A stretch of 63,038 nucleotides of DNA, the filler included, from Octopus bimaculoides (taxonomy: Eukaryota), in assembly GCF_001194135.2 (NCBI RefSeq). It is 4 parts of 3 records of this genome, joined end to end, with 100 filler letters (N's around TTAATTAATTAA, not from the genome) between each part and the next. Parts side by side here need not be neighbours in the genome. Positions count along the whole stretch, not along the records: positions 21,208 to 50,638 come from NC_068983.1; positions 50,739 to 60,916 come from NC_068987.1; positions 61,017 to 63,038 come from NC_068983.1; 1 more part is not named here. One strand, 5' to 3'. Positions 49,511 to 62,244 of the stretch are shown here, in pieces. The notes under the pieces were generated by a model. It worked only from the letters and a program-made list of their open reading frames with translations, was not told the DNA's origin and ran no database searches. Every line of letters begins with the position of its first letter. Positions within the stretch are counted from its first letter, which is position 1. Both the position numbers and the translations under genes were made by a program.

Positions 49511-50638
49511 TGCTGGAAAATCAGGTGAGTTCAAATTCTGCTGAGACCGACTTTGCCTTTCATCCTTTTGGGGTCGATAAAATAAGGACCAGTCGAATGC
49601 TGGGGGTTGATGTAATCAACAAAGCTCCCACTCCCCCAAATTGCTGGCCTTGTGCCAAAATTTGATGCCAATATTTAAATCAAGGTAAGAATTAAAAAAG
49701 CTGTAGGGATACAAGTCCAGAATGAAGAATTTGAACTGAGGGCCAGGACTGGCATTAAAGTCACTGTATTTGATGGCATAAATGATGCAGCAGCGCATAT
49801 TTCAGATGATATAATTTATGGGAAGCCAACCCTTTGCAAGTAGGACCCAGAGTGAAATATTTTTGAGACAAATAAGTCTACCACACCATCAAATATGGCA
49901 GCCAAACATTGTACCATTTCTTGAATTGCATAAGCATTTCTCAGACTGGCACAAGGTGTGTGTGTGTGTGTGGGGGTTTAGATGGTAAGTTGATTGAATT
50001 AAACCGAGTTTATGCATGGCACACAACACATTACAGTGAAAGTATAAATGGTAAAATTGCAACAAGGTATGTCATCAAATAATCTGTTTTGATAAGAAAT
50101 GAAAAAGGAAAAATTAAAGTTGTTAATTTGGTTAGAATTAAGAAACTTTGAAATAATTTGCTTTCAACTGTGGATAAAACTATAAACAATGGCCCAGAGA
50201 ACATTGGGTTAAAAAAACTCTTTCGATAGAAAATGTCAAGGGCTACCTTCAATTTTTCTGTCCAAATATTCTAAATGTCAGTTTTTCAGCTTTATCTTCT
50301 TCAAGTTCCACATCTGAAAGGAATTTATTTTCGTATTTTTAGATCAAAAATAGATTAAAAAAAAAAAAAATCAACGAATAACAACAATAATAAATTGTTA
50401 TGAAGACATTGTGTTGTTAGAGAAAATGTATTTATTTTCAAGAAAAGTTCATGAGAAAAAAAAAAAAGAAAAAACGCTTTACAAGAAATATATAGAATCT
50501 ATCAAAGACAAAATATAATAGTGTTAATTTACACTAAGGCCTCAAATTGTGGTCAGGGGTGGGTCTCATCCTTTGTACACTTGGGTGACCATCGTTATTT
50601 CTGTAGTGGAGATAAAAAGAGTTCTTAGTAGTGGAGAG

Positions 50639-50738
50639 NNNNNNNNNNNNNNNNNNNNNNNNNNNNNNNNNNNNNNNNNNNNTTAATTAATTAANNNNNN
50701 NNNNNNNNNNNNNNNNNNNNNNNNNNNNNNNNNNNNNN
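50639..50738. other. Artificial scaffold join (N44-TTAATTAATTAA-N44)
   Basis: Same 100-nt linker architecture as 21108-21207. Confidence 0.92.
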
Positions 50739-51240
50739 ATATATACATATGTACGTATATATATATATACATATATACATATATATATATACATATATAT
50801 ACACATATATATATACATACATACATATATATATACATGCATACATATATACATACATACATATATATACATACATATACATACATATCTATATACATAC
50901 ATACTTATATATGTATACATACATATATACACACTCATACACAAACGCACACACACCCACATATATATGCATGTACGTATGTATATATGTATGTATGTAT
51001 GCATGCATGTATGTATGTATGTGTGTATGCATATGCGCATGCATATGTATTTATATCTATATATATATGTGTGTGCATATGTGTGTCTGCTTATATGTAC
51101 ATAACATAGTTGCAAGCATAAATACACACATACACGCATATAGTGAAATACGTACATACGTACATGAAAATTTAACAAACATTCATTCCGTACTCCCACC
51201 CTGTAGCACCCTTTATTTTTACAAGCACACATATACACCT
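50739..51240. repeat. (TA)/(TACA)/(TG) compound microsatellite
   Basis: Directly visible. Confidence 0.95.
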
Positions 51241-51429
51241 ATAAATACTCGTACATTTAGTTGTAAACTCACAAACTCAGACACATACGCACCTCTCCTA
51301 TCAAATTAGCAACATTTAGCTGTATGCCAAACAGTTGCATGAATATCCCTCTTCAGAAACAAAACAAAAAAGCAACAAACATTTATTTAAAAGTATATTA
51401 GAAATACACATGTAGTATAATGCATACAT

Positions 51430-51785
51430 GTGCATAGCGTGGCTTTGGGGTAAGAAGTTCGGTTTCCCAACCAAACGGTTCCGGGTTCTGTCCCAGCTGC
51501 GTGGTATTTTTGGAAAGTGTCTTCTACCATAACCTCGGACCGATCAAAGCCTTGTGAGTGGATATGGTGAACGAACACTTACAGAAGCCCAACGTTCATA
51601 TGTGTATGTTTCCGCACGGGCGCGTGTGTGTGTTTGTATGTGTGTTTATCTCACACCACCGCTTCACAACCGGTTTGGGGGTGTTTATATCCCCGTAACT
51701 TAACGGTTCGGTAAAAGAAACCAACAGAATAAGCACCAGGCTTTAAAAATCTAATTACTCAGATCGATTCGTTCGGCAAAAATCT
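51430..51785 (+). mobile_element. SINE family A, near full length (tRNA-like head, internal TG tract, tail)
   Basis: Head ggttccgggttctgtccc (B-box-like)...gaccgatcaaagccttgtgagtggat, then the tail as at 6746. Confidence 0.8.
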
Positions 51786-51789
51786 CAAG

Positions 51790-52569
51790 TATGTAACGAT
51801 TGTACCCACTTTTTCAGTCAGTTTCACCTTGTTTGTGGCATCAAGTCGTTGTTTTCAAAGATTGCTGTTCATTGGATCGAACAGATAGAAGTCAGAAGGT
51901 ACCAGATCCTGATTGTATACTGGATAGAGAACGCCACTGACCAGTACAATTTTCCAACCGTCTGAATGGTTACCAAAAGCATCGTCCTGAAGAATGTGGA
52001 TCCTATACAAATTCTTGTTCGGTCTCTACCGCATAATGACTTCTCTAAGCTTTGTTGAATGTCCTAATGCAGGGGTTTTCAAACTTTTTGACTTGCGGAC
52101 CCCTTTATATTTCAGGCTTTACCTTAGGGAACCCCTTATAAACGCTTATGAAATTTATATATAAATATTTGCTTAAAATAACATATATTTTTACATTTAT
52201 TTATTTAGCAGTATTTAACAAATATGTTTATTGTCAATTAAAAGATTTCGATTAAAAAACATATATAGAATCAAATTGCCCTTAAAAAGTATTTGCTGTC
52301 TACGGACCCCCTGTCTTGTTCTTGCGGACCCCCTGTTGTCCGCGGACCACAGTTTGAAAACTCCTGTCCTAATGTACGATTCGCTATTCGTGATACAAGA
52401 ACTCAATGACGGCGCCTTGCTTCTGCCTGAAATCCATTCTGTTCTTGGAATAAAGAAGAACCTCAGTAAGAACTAGTCTACCAACATATGCAACATGTGC
52501 AATAACGACTGGTGTCGATTAATAAAAACGTTATAACCACTTTTGCATATTTTCGGGATAACTCTCGTA
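51790..52569 (-). mobile_element. Internally deleted mariner remnant interrupted by a hAT MITE
   Basis: TIR start TACGAGAGTTATCCCGAAAA (minus strand, from 52569); N-terminal MDFRQKQGAVIEFL; C-terminal YNQDLVPSDFYLFDPM (YSPDLAPSDF-like). Confidence 0.7.
52070..52366. mobile_element. hAT (Buster/Charlie-like) MITE
   Basis: TIRs caggggttttcaaact / agtttgaaaactcctg; perfect 8-bp TSD TCCTAATG on both sides; repeated gcggacccc motifs. Confidence 0.92.
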
Positions 52570-53450
52570 CGAAATATCAGTTTTACTCTATAAAGAACAC
52601 GAAGAAATTACTACACCCACGAAACCGATTAGAAGATACAAGAGCTTCGAATCAATGTTAAGTTTGTAGAAAGAAATTAACTTTGTTTAAGAGCGATAAT
52701 ATTTTAGATGAAAAGAGAAAACATAAAAAGAAATATATTATTCATAGAGAAAAATTTGTTATCAAAACTTGATATCGTGAAACTGTCACAATTTGCAGTA
52801 CTAATGCATCTAACTGACTACGTGTAGGATTATGTAACCTTTTGTAGCTGTAAAGTCATAAAGCTCTATAAAAGGTTTAATCTCCGTAACATCAAGAAAT
52901 TATGAAAGACGAATGTCGTTTTGCTTTATTTAAAATTCAATAGACTCTGTTTTATGCATCTCATTAAACGGTTGAATGACGGCAGCTGAAACATGTTGAT
53001 CTAATTAACTGGTACAGCTTTTCACTTTTTATTTATTTATTTTTTGTTCTGTTGATTATAGTCGACTAGTCTTCTCATCTCTGCACTGCTGTTTACTTTG
53101 TACTCTAAGTAAAACTTTCGTAAGGTTTTCCTACAAATAATGTAACAGGTGCGTCTTTTATTTTGCCAAATTTAGGGTCTCGGGCAACAAAGACTTTTAC
53201 GTCAATTGCCGAATGTTGTAGAAACGAAAATTACGGTTGCGACCGTTGCTAATGACAATAGCGTCTTAGATACATTTCGTTGTTACTGCATCGCTTAAGN
53301 NNNNNNNNNNNNNNNNNNNNNNNNNNNNNNNNNNNNNNNNNNNNNNNNNNNNNNNNNNNNNNNNNNNNNNNNNNNNNNNNNNNNNNNNNNNNNNNNNNNG
53401 TGGATTTGGTAGACGGAAACTGAAAGAAGCCCGTCGTATAAATGTATGTG

Positions 53451-53481
<31 letters not shown>

Positions 53482-54036
53482 TTGTGTTTGTGTGTCTGAG
53501 TCTGTCTCCCCAACATCGTTTGACTTTCGATGCTGGTGTGTTAACATCCCCGTAACCTAGCGGTTCGGCAAAAAGAGGCCGATAGAATAAGTAGTAGGCT
53601 TACAAAGAATAAGTCCTGGTGGTCGATTTGCTCGACTAAAAGGCAGTGCTCCAGCATGGCCGCAGTCAAATGACTAAAACAAGTAAAAGTAAAGAGTATG
53701 TATGTATACATAACTTGAGAAGAAGTATAACGATGATAAGGTCGAGGTTTAAACAACAAAGAAACATTACATAAAAACTGTTAGTTTTTGGCTGTGAAAT
53801 TCTCATCTTGTCACAACCAAGTGAGAAACAAAACATGCAGTAAAGATCACCGGGGAGCGAAAAGACAAGTTTCATCGGCATTAGAGTCTGTATTTTTTCT
53901 CACCTCATTCTCCATTGACGACCGCAGATATACGTGTCAAATGAAAGACACCGTCTCACGCATCCATACATATTCACACACACATGTGCATGCATGCACA
54001 CACGCGTGCACGATCACCCACACAGACAACACGCAT

Positions 54037-54114
<78 letters not shown>

Positions 54115-54283
54115 ATACATAGGTGCAGGAGTGGTTGTGTGGCAAGTAGCTTGCTTACCAACCACATGGTTCCAGTTTCAATACCACTGCGTGGCACCTT
54201 GGACAAGTGCCTTCTACTATAGCCTTGGGCCGACCAAAGCCTTGTGAGGGGATTCGTTAGATGGAAACTGAAAGAAGTCCATC

Positions 54284-54335
<52 letters not shown>

Positions 54336-54362
54336 ATGTATGTATGTATGTATGTATGTATG

Positions 54363-55142
54363 TATATGTTTACGTGTCTTTGGTACGGCAGCTCGGAAAA
54401 CTCTCTTTGATTGGTCTGATAAGAAGATAACCCCTAAATTTGTTGGTGAGATCCAGGCCATGATTAACAACGATTCCGCGAAGTCAATCAGGTCCATCAC
54501 CAGAGATATGGGAGTGTCTGAGTTCCTTATAAGGCAGGTTGTGCATGAAGACATTCGGTATTCTTCATACAAGATGAGAAAGGACCAAATTTTAACCCAA
54601 GCCAAATGGGAAAATAAGAAAGATCGCACTACGAAGCTTTTGAACAAACTCGTGCATCCCCTCCAACCGAACAAGCTTTGGTTTTTCTCAGACGAGGATC
54701 AGATGGTGAACACACAGATCAACCTTTGGCTTACCGTGACCCCAAAACATGTACCGAGAGTGATAGAAATCAAACATCCAGTCAACATCATGGTGTTTGG
54801 AGTGATCTCTAGTGATGGCGACGTTATGCATCCACTCATCTTCCCACATGGCCTCATTCATACTCAACACGTAGGCCTACATCAAGTGCCTGGAGGAGGA
54901 AGTTCCACGCTGGGTCAAGAGGGTGGCTGCTGGAAGGCCCTATGTCTGGCAACAGGACTCTGCACCATGCCTCACAAGCAGGAGAACCCAGTCATGACTG
55001 TCAGACAATTTCTGCGACCACATCACCCCTAACATCTGGCCACCTAACTCCCCAGACTGCAAGCCCATTCATTATTATGTGTGGGGCGCACTTGAGCAAG
55101 AGTCCAACAAAACTCCTTGTAACTCCAAAGATGAACTGAAGG
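54363..55142 (+). mobile_element. DD37D (maT) transposase pseudogene
   Basis: KSIRSITRDMGVS (HTH), WFFSDE, HPVNIMVFGVISSDG, YVWQQDSAP and WPPNSPDCKPIHYYVWG. 37 residues lie between the second catalytic D and the third position (here H). One stop and frameshifts. Confidence 0.88.
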
Positions 55143-55705
55143 TAACTTTGCCCTTCATCCTTTCGAGGTCGATAAATCGCACTAGGGTCGATGTAATCGA
55201 CTTAATCCGTTTGTCTGTCCTTGTTTGTCTCCTCTATGTTTAGCCCCTTGTGGGCAATAAAGAAATAAGAAACGTTAGCACGCTGGACGAAATGCTTAGC
55301 GGTATTTCGTCCGTTTTTACATTCTGAGTTAAAATTCCGCTGAGGTCGACTTTGCCTTTCATCCTTTCGGAGTCGATAAATTAAGTACCAGTTGCGTACT
55401 GGAGTCGGTCTAATCGACCGGTTCCTTCCCCCAAAATTTCGGGCCTTGTGCCTGGAGTAGAAAAGAATATAGTTTTTACGAGGGCGGCAAGCTGCCAGAA
55501 TCGTTAGCATGCCGGGCGAAATGCTTAGTGGTATTTTGTCTGTCTTTACGTTCTGAGTTCAAATTCCGCCGAGGTCAGCTTTGCCTTTCATCCTTTCGGA
55601 GTCGATTAAATAAGTATCAGTTACGCACTGGGGTCGATGTAATCGACTTAATCCCTTTGTTTTTCCCCTCTATGTTTAGCCCCGTGTGAGCAATAAAGAA
55701 ATAGA
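55140..55705 (+). mobile_element. Cluster of three SINE family B copies
   Basis: Repeated gttagcac...aaatgcttagcggtatttcg...gagttcaaattccgccgaggtc...gtcgataaattaagtaccag units. Confidence 0.85.
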
Positions 55706-56393
55706 TATAGTTTTTAAGCGATGCATTTGCTTTATAAGCTGGAGGTGGGCGTACAGTGATGAATATTGTCCGTGAAAGATGAATTCGCTCCAAGAAAACA
55801 GGAATTGTCAGTAATTAAATATTTTTGTTTTATTCAGTATTCTTATTTTCACTATTTTTTGCATGTTTTACTTCCTTTTATTTTTAAATATGAACCAGAC
55901 AGTTCAGTTTCAATTTTAAAAATAGCTTAGTTGACCTTTAGAATTTTCTCACATAATTATATATAAGCTTATAAACTGATTTTGCTTTGAAATATGTAAG
56001 CTCGCAGATCCAAACTAATTTCAGGGTCATACTTTAATAACCTTTAAATCTATTACTATTATTTGTGTAACCTTTATTTATAATATTATTACTACTATTA
56101 GTAAAATTGTTGTTGTTATCGTTGTTGACGTTTTACATTCTCAGTTCAAATTCCGCCGCGGTCAACTTTGCCTTTCATCCTTTCGGGGTCGATAAAATAA
56201 GTTTCAAGTTGAGCACTGGAGTTGATGTAATCGACCAGATCCCTCAAAAAAAAGAAAGAAATTCGGGCCTTGTACTTATAGTCGAAAAGATTATTGTTGG
56301 TGATTTCACTCAAGTTCGTTCATATTCCTGGTAGAATTTCATGTGGATAGCGGGTTACTACCAGTAACCTCAGGTATCCACAAGCTCTCAATA

Positions 56394-56705
56394 AGGTGTG
56401 GGGGTGGCTGTGTGGTAAGTAGCTTGCTTACGAACCACATGGTTCCGGGTTCAGTCCCACTGCATGGCACCTTGGGCAAGTGTCTTCTACTATAGCCTCG
56501 GGCCGACCAAAGCCTTGTCAGTGGATTTAGTAGACGGAAACTCAAAGAAGCCCGTCGTATATATGTATATGTATATATATGTGTGTGTTTGTGTGTCTGT
56601 GTTTGTCCCCCCAACATCGCTTGACAACCGATGCTGGTGTGTTTACGTACCCGTAACTTAGCGGTTCGGCAAAGGAGACCGATAGAATAAGTACTAGGCT
56701 TACAA
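56394..56705 (+). mobile_element. SINE family A, near-consensus copy
   Basis: ggctgtgtggtaagtagcttgc...ggttccgggttcagtcccactg...gacggaaact, a (TA/TG)n tract, then the tail. Confidence 0.88.
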
Positions 56706-56786
56706 ACTAGTCTTATGGGCTCGTGGTTCGAGAAGGCACTTTGATCTCATTTTTCTTTTTCTTTTTTTTTTTTCTTGTTATTAAAA

Positions 56787-57100
56787 TCACCAAAGACTCG
56801 AATATTTATTGAAAGACAAGAAAAAAACCTAGCCGGGATCCAGCAGCACCTGTGATTTTAGAAATGAACCAGTTAATTAGCGGGTAAGTTAATTAATGAG
56901 TATTAATATCACCACAGACTCGATTATTTGTTGAAGGTCAACAAGAGAAGATCTGGTCGGGATCCAGCTGGATCAATGGTTTTAGAATTGAGCCAGTTAA
57001 TTTACGAATATTATAACCTCGAAATATTAAGGACCCGAATATTTATTGAAAGACAACAAGAAAAGGTTCGGTCAGTTTTGTCGGATACAGCATCAATGAA
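56787..57100. repeat. Degenerate ~120-bp tandem repeat, about 2.5 copies
   Basis: gactcgaatatttattgaaagac anchors at 56795, 56917 and 57032; cgggatccagc and ccagttaatt are repeated. Confidence 0.7.
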
Positions 57101-57949
57101 AGAGCAGTCGTGTGAGAACAGAGATCGATGAAGGAACATGAGTCGTGCTGTTGAATGTAAGAGGTGTGTGCGGAAACACATGAAGGAATGGTCAGGAAGC
57201 ACAGAACTGAATTCAAGAGCAATTGAGAGATTAATGCGAACGTAGACACTGTGACAATCCATCAGTTGGGTGGAGACTTCATGATTGAAGGGAGATAATC
57301 ATTAACAAAGAAATCCAAACTAGAAATACCACAAAGCAAACAGATTGGGAGAATTTTGTTACAGCAAAGATTTAACAGAAGAAAGGGTAAAACGTAGACT
57401 GGAATATTAGTTAAAGAACAAACTCGGATGTTTGGGAGATGTGATTTTCATTTGCTGTTTTTTGTTTTATGCTTTTTTTGCTTTTTAATAAATATGTAAA
57501 TGATTTCATAAAGAGTAAAATCAAGAAGAAAGGTTTCAAGGTAATACTTTAAATAACTAAAAGGAATAGCTAAAAGCAGTCGAAATCTGAAGACAAAGAA
57601 GAGACCACAAACGTACTACTATGAGCACTAGATAAAGCGCATGCACTTATGAGCGGATCACAATATTACGACTTGTGTGTTGCAGACAAATTCCACATTT
57701 CGTTTAATGATAACAAAGTAATTTCTACATTCTGCTCGTTGCTCGATTTCTTCATCACGAATGTTAAAGAGGACTTTCTTGATATGTGGCTCATAACGAT
57801 GAACATTTAAATTTTTAGCTGATTTTACTGCTATTTTACTGATTTTAACGGTCAGCGTGGAGCAGGTGATACGTTTATAGTTTTAGTGCTTATTTGTATA
57901 TTTTGCTTTTTATTGTCGTTGCCAACATAAGAACATATATGTGTGAATG

Positions 57950-58250
57950 TGCTTAGACGACCTTACTGGTTATGTAGTGGTGGGTTGTAGTGAAGGCTCT
58001 ATTCATTCTTTGTATTGAGTACGTGGGTGTCTTCTTCCTGTACTTGTTGAGCTTTGTTAATAGCATGTCTTAATATTAAATCTTTTGTATGTCTCTTAAG
58101 AAAGATTTTTTTATCAAACCATTGTGTTTCTATATGGCATGTTACTAGAATACAGATATCTGTGTCTTTCCATTGTATTCTCGTTGATGTTTTGCAATAT
58201 TTTTTCACATATAATGTCCACAGATACTCTGCTTAACTAAACTAAAGAGA
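57950..58250 (-). mobile_element. Probable Penelope-like RT C-terminal remnant
   Basis: ICILVTCHIETQW...IFLKRH...LRHAINKAQQ resembles the PLE thumb/linker region; resemblance judged by eye only. Confidence 0.35.
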
Positions 58251-58521
58251 AGCTCACTATTTTCACATTTATAATTCACTTAGATTTTATGCCCGTGTCC
58301 AACTCTTGTATCGTGTTGGTGGACAACATAATTTAGTTACCTTCTGTACCGTTTTCCTTTCAGCCAACGTCCTTAAATTTTGTTTGTGTACTCATCTGCA
58401 TATAGGGGGATGAAGACTTGTATTGAATGGTAGGTTTATGGGGTAGACATAATCCCGAACACATGATTCGCCAGAGGGATTGTAAAAAAATTCTGAATTA
58501 TCTATATTACTCTGTGTATAT

Positions 58522-58559
<38 letters not shown>

Positions 58560-59437
58560 NNNNNNNNNNNNNNNNNNNNNNNNNNNNNNNNNNNNNNNNN
58601 NNNNNNNNNNNNNNNNNNNNNNNNNNNNNNNNNNNNNNNNNNNNNNNNNNNNNNNNNNNNNNNNNNNNNNNNNNNNNNNNNNNNNNNNNNNNNNNNNNNN
58701 NNNNNNNNNNNNNNNNNNNNNNNNNNNNNNNNNNNNNNNNNNNNNNNNNNNNNNNNNNNNNNNNNNNNNNNNNNNNNNNNNNNNNNNNNNNNNNNNNNNN
58801 NNNNNNNNNNNNNNNNNNNNATATATATATATATATAGGTTATAAGAGGTAATGGTGTCAGTAAGACCCAAAGGTGTCAGGTAATGCTGAGTAAGTGCTA
58901 TGGATAGACCATAGTTAAGCTCCAGATTCGGTGAATATACCAAGAAGGAGTCCAACGTAGGTCATATGTCAGCGTGTGTATATATAATTTTTTTTTTCAG
59001 AATGAGATTAAAAAAAACCAAGGCTGTGAAGATCTTAGAACTACACACTCACACTCTACACATACGTATATGCATATGGAGACACACATGCATACAGGCA
59101 CACAAGCGCACTAACTTCAAAAATTTATTGAAACAGTGATGGTGATATAAGCATCTATTCTGGGTTACTGCTCCGAATGATGACCGCCACAAAACGTCAA
59201 ACTAACAAAAGAATTCGAAGAAATCGAACGCTCCAACACCAAGAAAATTGCCTCAGGAAGAGGTTAAAAGAGCTGAGTCCCCTAATCCCTGAAGAGATGA
59301 CGCGAAAGATAAGCAGTTATATGTGTGTGCTTGTATATGTGTGGGGGGCGTCAAATTTACAGAAAACGAAAGACGAAGACAGGTGTAGGAACAACAAGCA
59401 GGTGTATTAGTTGGACGCTCGGGAAGAATTGAAAAGT

Positions 59438-59473
59438 CTTTGACGTTTCAAGCCAACGCTCTTCGACAGAAAA
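59438..59473 (-). ncRNA. Decayed minimal hammerhead motif (same family as 8342)
   Basis: TTTT-CTGTCGA-A-GAGC(gttg)GCTT-GAA-ACGT-C-AAAG; A6 is replaced by U. Confidence 0.5.
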
Positions 59474-59582
59474 CGATAAGAAGGGAAAAAATGGAGAGAG
59501 AACGAAAAAACGAAGAAAGAAAAAATGTGTAGGGCTTCACGGTTTAACATGATGAAATGTGTATATTATATTATATATATAT

Positions 59583-59627
<45 letters not shown>

Positions 59628-60500
59628 NNNNNNNNNNNNNNNNNNNNNNNNNNNNNNNNNNNNNNNNNNNNNNNNNNNNNNNNNNNNNNNNNNNNNNNNN
59701 NNNNNNNNNNNNNNNNNNNNNNNNNNNNNNNNNNNNNNNNNNNNNNNNNNNNNNNNNNNNNNNNNNNNNNNNNNNNNNNNNNNNNNNNNNNNNNNNNNNN
59801 NNNNNNNNNNNNNNNNNNNNNNNNNNNNNNNNNNNNNNNNNNNNNNNNNNNNNNNNNNNNNNNNNNNNNNNNNNNNNNNNNNNNNNNNNNNNNNNNNNNN
59901 NNNNNNNNNNNNNNNNNNNNNNNNNNNNNNNNNNNNNNNNNNNNNNNNNNNNNNNNNNNNNNNNNNNNNNNNNNNNNNNNNNNNNNNNNNNNNNNNNNNN
60001 NNNNNNNNNNNNNNNNNNNNNNNNNNNNNNNNNNNNNNNNNNNNNNNNNNNNNNNNNNNNNNNNNNNNNNNNNNNNNNNNNNNNNNNNNNNNNNNNNNNN
60101 NNNNNNNNNNNNNNNNNNNNNNNNNNNNNNNNNNNNNNNNNNNNNNNNNNNNNNNNNNNNNNNNNNNNNNNNNNNNNNNNNNNNNNNNNNNNNNNNNNNN
60201 NNNNNNNNNNNNNNNNNNNNNNNNNNNNNNNNNNNNNNNNNNNNNNNNNNNNNNNNNNNNNNNNNNNNNNNNNNNNNNNNNNNNNNNNNNNNNNNNNNNN
60301 NNNNNNNNNNNNNNNNNNNNNNNNNNNNNNNNNNNNNNNNNNNNNNNNNNNNNNNNNNNNNNNNNNNNNNNNNNNNNNNNNNNNNNNNNNNNNNNNNNNN
60401 NNNNNNNNNNNNNNNNNNNNNNNNNNNNNNNNNNNNNNNNNNNNNNNNNNNNNNNNNNNNNNNNNNNNNNNNNNNNNNNNNNNNNNNNNNNNNNNNNNNN

Positions 60501-60537
<37 letters not shown>

Positions 60538-60539
<2 letters not shown>

Positions 60540-60740
60540 GCAGAATAGTTAGCACGCCGGACAAAATGCTTAGCGGCATTTTGCTCGCCTTGACGTTCTT
60601 AGTTCAAATTCCGCCGAGGTTGACTTTGCCTTTCATCCTTTCGGGGTCGATAAATTAAGTATAGTTGCGTAAATCGACTGGCCTCCTACCCCACACACAC
60701 ACAAATTTCAGGCCTTGTGCTTATAGTAGAATGGATTATT
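60538..60740 (+). mobile_element. SINE family B
   Basis: gcagaatagttagcacgccggacaaaatgcttagcggc...agttcaaattccgccgagg...gtagaatggattattatt. Confidence 0.85.
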
Positions 60741-60916
60741 ATTATTATTGTTCAGTAGTTTTATTTTTATAACGTGCTTTCACTTCACTACCGAGCGCAG
60801 CTCTGTGCGCCTTGTTTACTGTATTGAAAGTATTTTGCGTAGAATGTGTGCAGTAACCCGTAATGCAATTTTCTGTATGTTATATATATTTGTAAGTCCT
60901 GGTGTTTTTGTTATGT

Positions 60917-61016
60917 NNNNNNNNNNNNNNNNNNNNNNNNNNNNNNNNNNNNNNNNNNNNTTAATTAATTAANNNNNNNNNNNNNNNNNNNNNNNNNNNN
61001 NNNNNNNNNNNNNNNN
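60917..61016. other. Artificial scaffold join (N44-TTAATTAATTAA-N44)
   Basis: Same 100-nt linker architecture as 21108-21207. Confidence 0.92.
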
Positions 61017-61409
61017 TATATATATTCACACGTATACGTGCTCATATATGCTAACTCCATCCATTACCTTTCTTAAGTAAATGTCCATTTACCTTGATAT
61101 TATTTTGTTTCATTTGCTTCAAATTATGATACGTGATTTCCTTATAGATTTGTTTATATATTTATTTATTTATTTTCCCTATAGAAACTAATCAGTTCTA
61201 GTAATTTCTTAATATCACTCAATTGTATTAAATTGTTCAAGTTAACACTATTAATCCAACTACAAACTTGCAACAAATTGAAACTAATATTCCTCAATAT
61301 TTTACAAGCCAGCACCCACATTAGGCTCTAGGATTACATCATACATCACATTTATTTACATTTCAATACGAAACAGGTGTATAATTTTCCTATAAAACAT
61401 ACAATTAAT

Positions 61410-61600
61410 AAAATGAGGAGGCAAATCGCAAGAGAAGAAAGAAGCGTCTTCAGCATCCTCGACCTGCAACGACCATCCCGTGCGAGTTCTGCCCACGGCT
61501 CTTTCACCATCGACGTGGACTCCAAAGTCTCTTTCGGCACAAACAAACATTAGCCGAAGAGAGTGGATGGAAATTGACGAACCCAATGCTCGGATACGAG
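61410..61600 (+). mobile_element. Possible RTE-type LINE C-terminal zinc-finger remnant
   Basis: IPCEFCPRLFHHRRGLQSLFRHK resembles the terminal C2H2-like motif of some RTE ORFs. Confidence 0.35.
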
Positions 61601-61739
61601 CTGGAGCCGACCATATATATATATGTATATATATATATAGGTTCAAAAAAACAATAACAAAAAAACAAAAAAACAACAAAGTGAGGACGTGAAACGGATA
61701 GTGTTATTGGACGCTCGGGAAAGGAAAGAGAGAGTGTAT

Positions 61740-61770
61740 GATGTTTCGGGCGTAGCCCTTCGTCGGAAAG
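61740..61770 (-). ncRNA. Decayed minimal hammerhead motif (C4 variant, same family as 8342)
   Basis: CTTT-CCGACGA-A-GGGC(tac)GCCC-GAA-ACAT-C; stems I and III are damaged. Confidence 0.4.
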
Positions 61771-62210
61771 ATGTAAAGTTCGGAGAATGGAAGAACGGAG
61801 AAAGAGGAAAATGGTACCGATGCCCACGAGGTTACATTGTGAAAATGTAATGTATATATATATATACATTACTGCTGCTAGTTATTCGACAGCTACAACC
61901 ACTCCTAGAACTCTTGACCACTATTTAATTTATTCAAACAGATAGTAGTAATCTTCTCACAGAACAAGTGGGAATGATCATGTTTTCAGAACTCAACGAA
62001 AGGACCACTTGCGCATGCAACAAATAACAGTAAACTATGAATGTCATTTTTAATTTTAATTTCAATTGTATTTTACTAATAGCCCTTTTCTCTTCTCACA
62101 TATTCTATATTCATTTTTGATAAGGTTTTTGAAAAAAACCCGAAACATGTAAATTAATTAAAACACCCAAAAATGTTTTAAAAAGTGGCATTTTCCTTTT
62201 TATTCATTTT

Positions 62211-62244
<34 letters not shown>

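Noticed and set aside
50031-50252. Minus-strand ORF faintly like a hAT dimerisation domain (LIKT-YL)
   Set aside because: The similarity is too weak in very AT-rich sequence.
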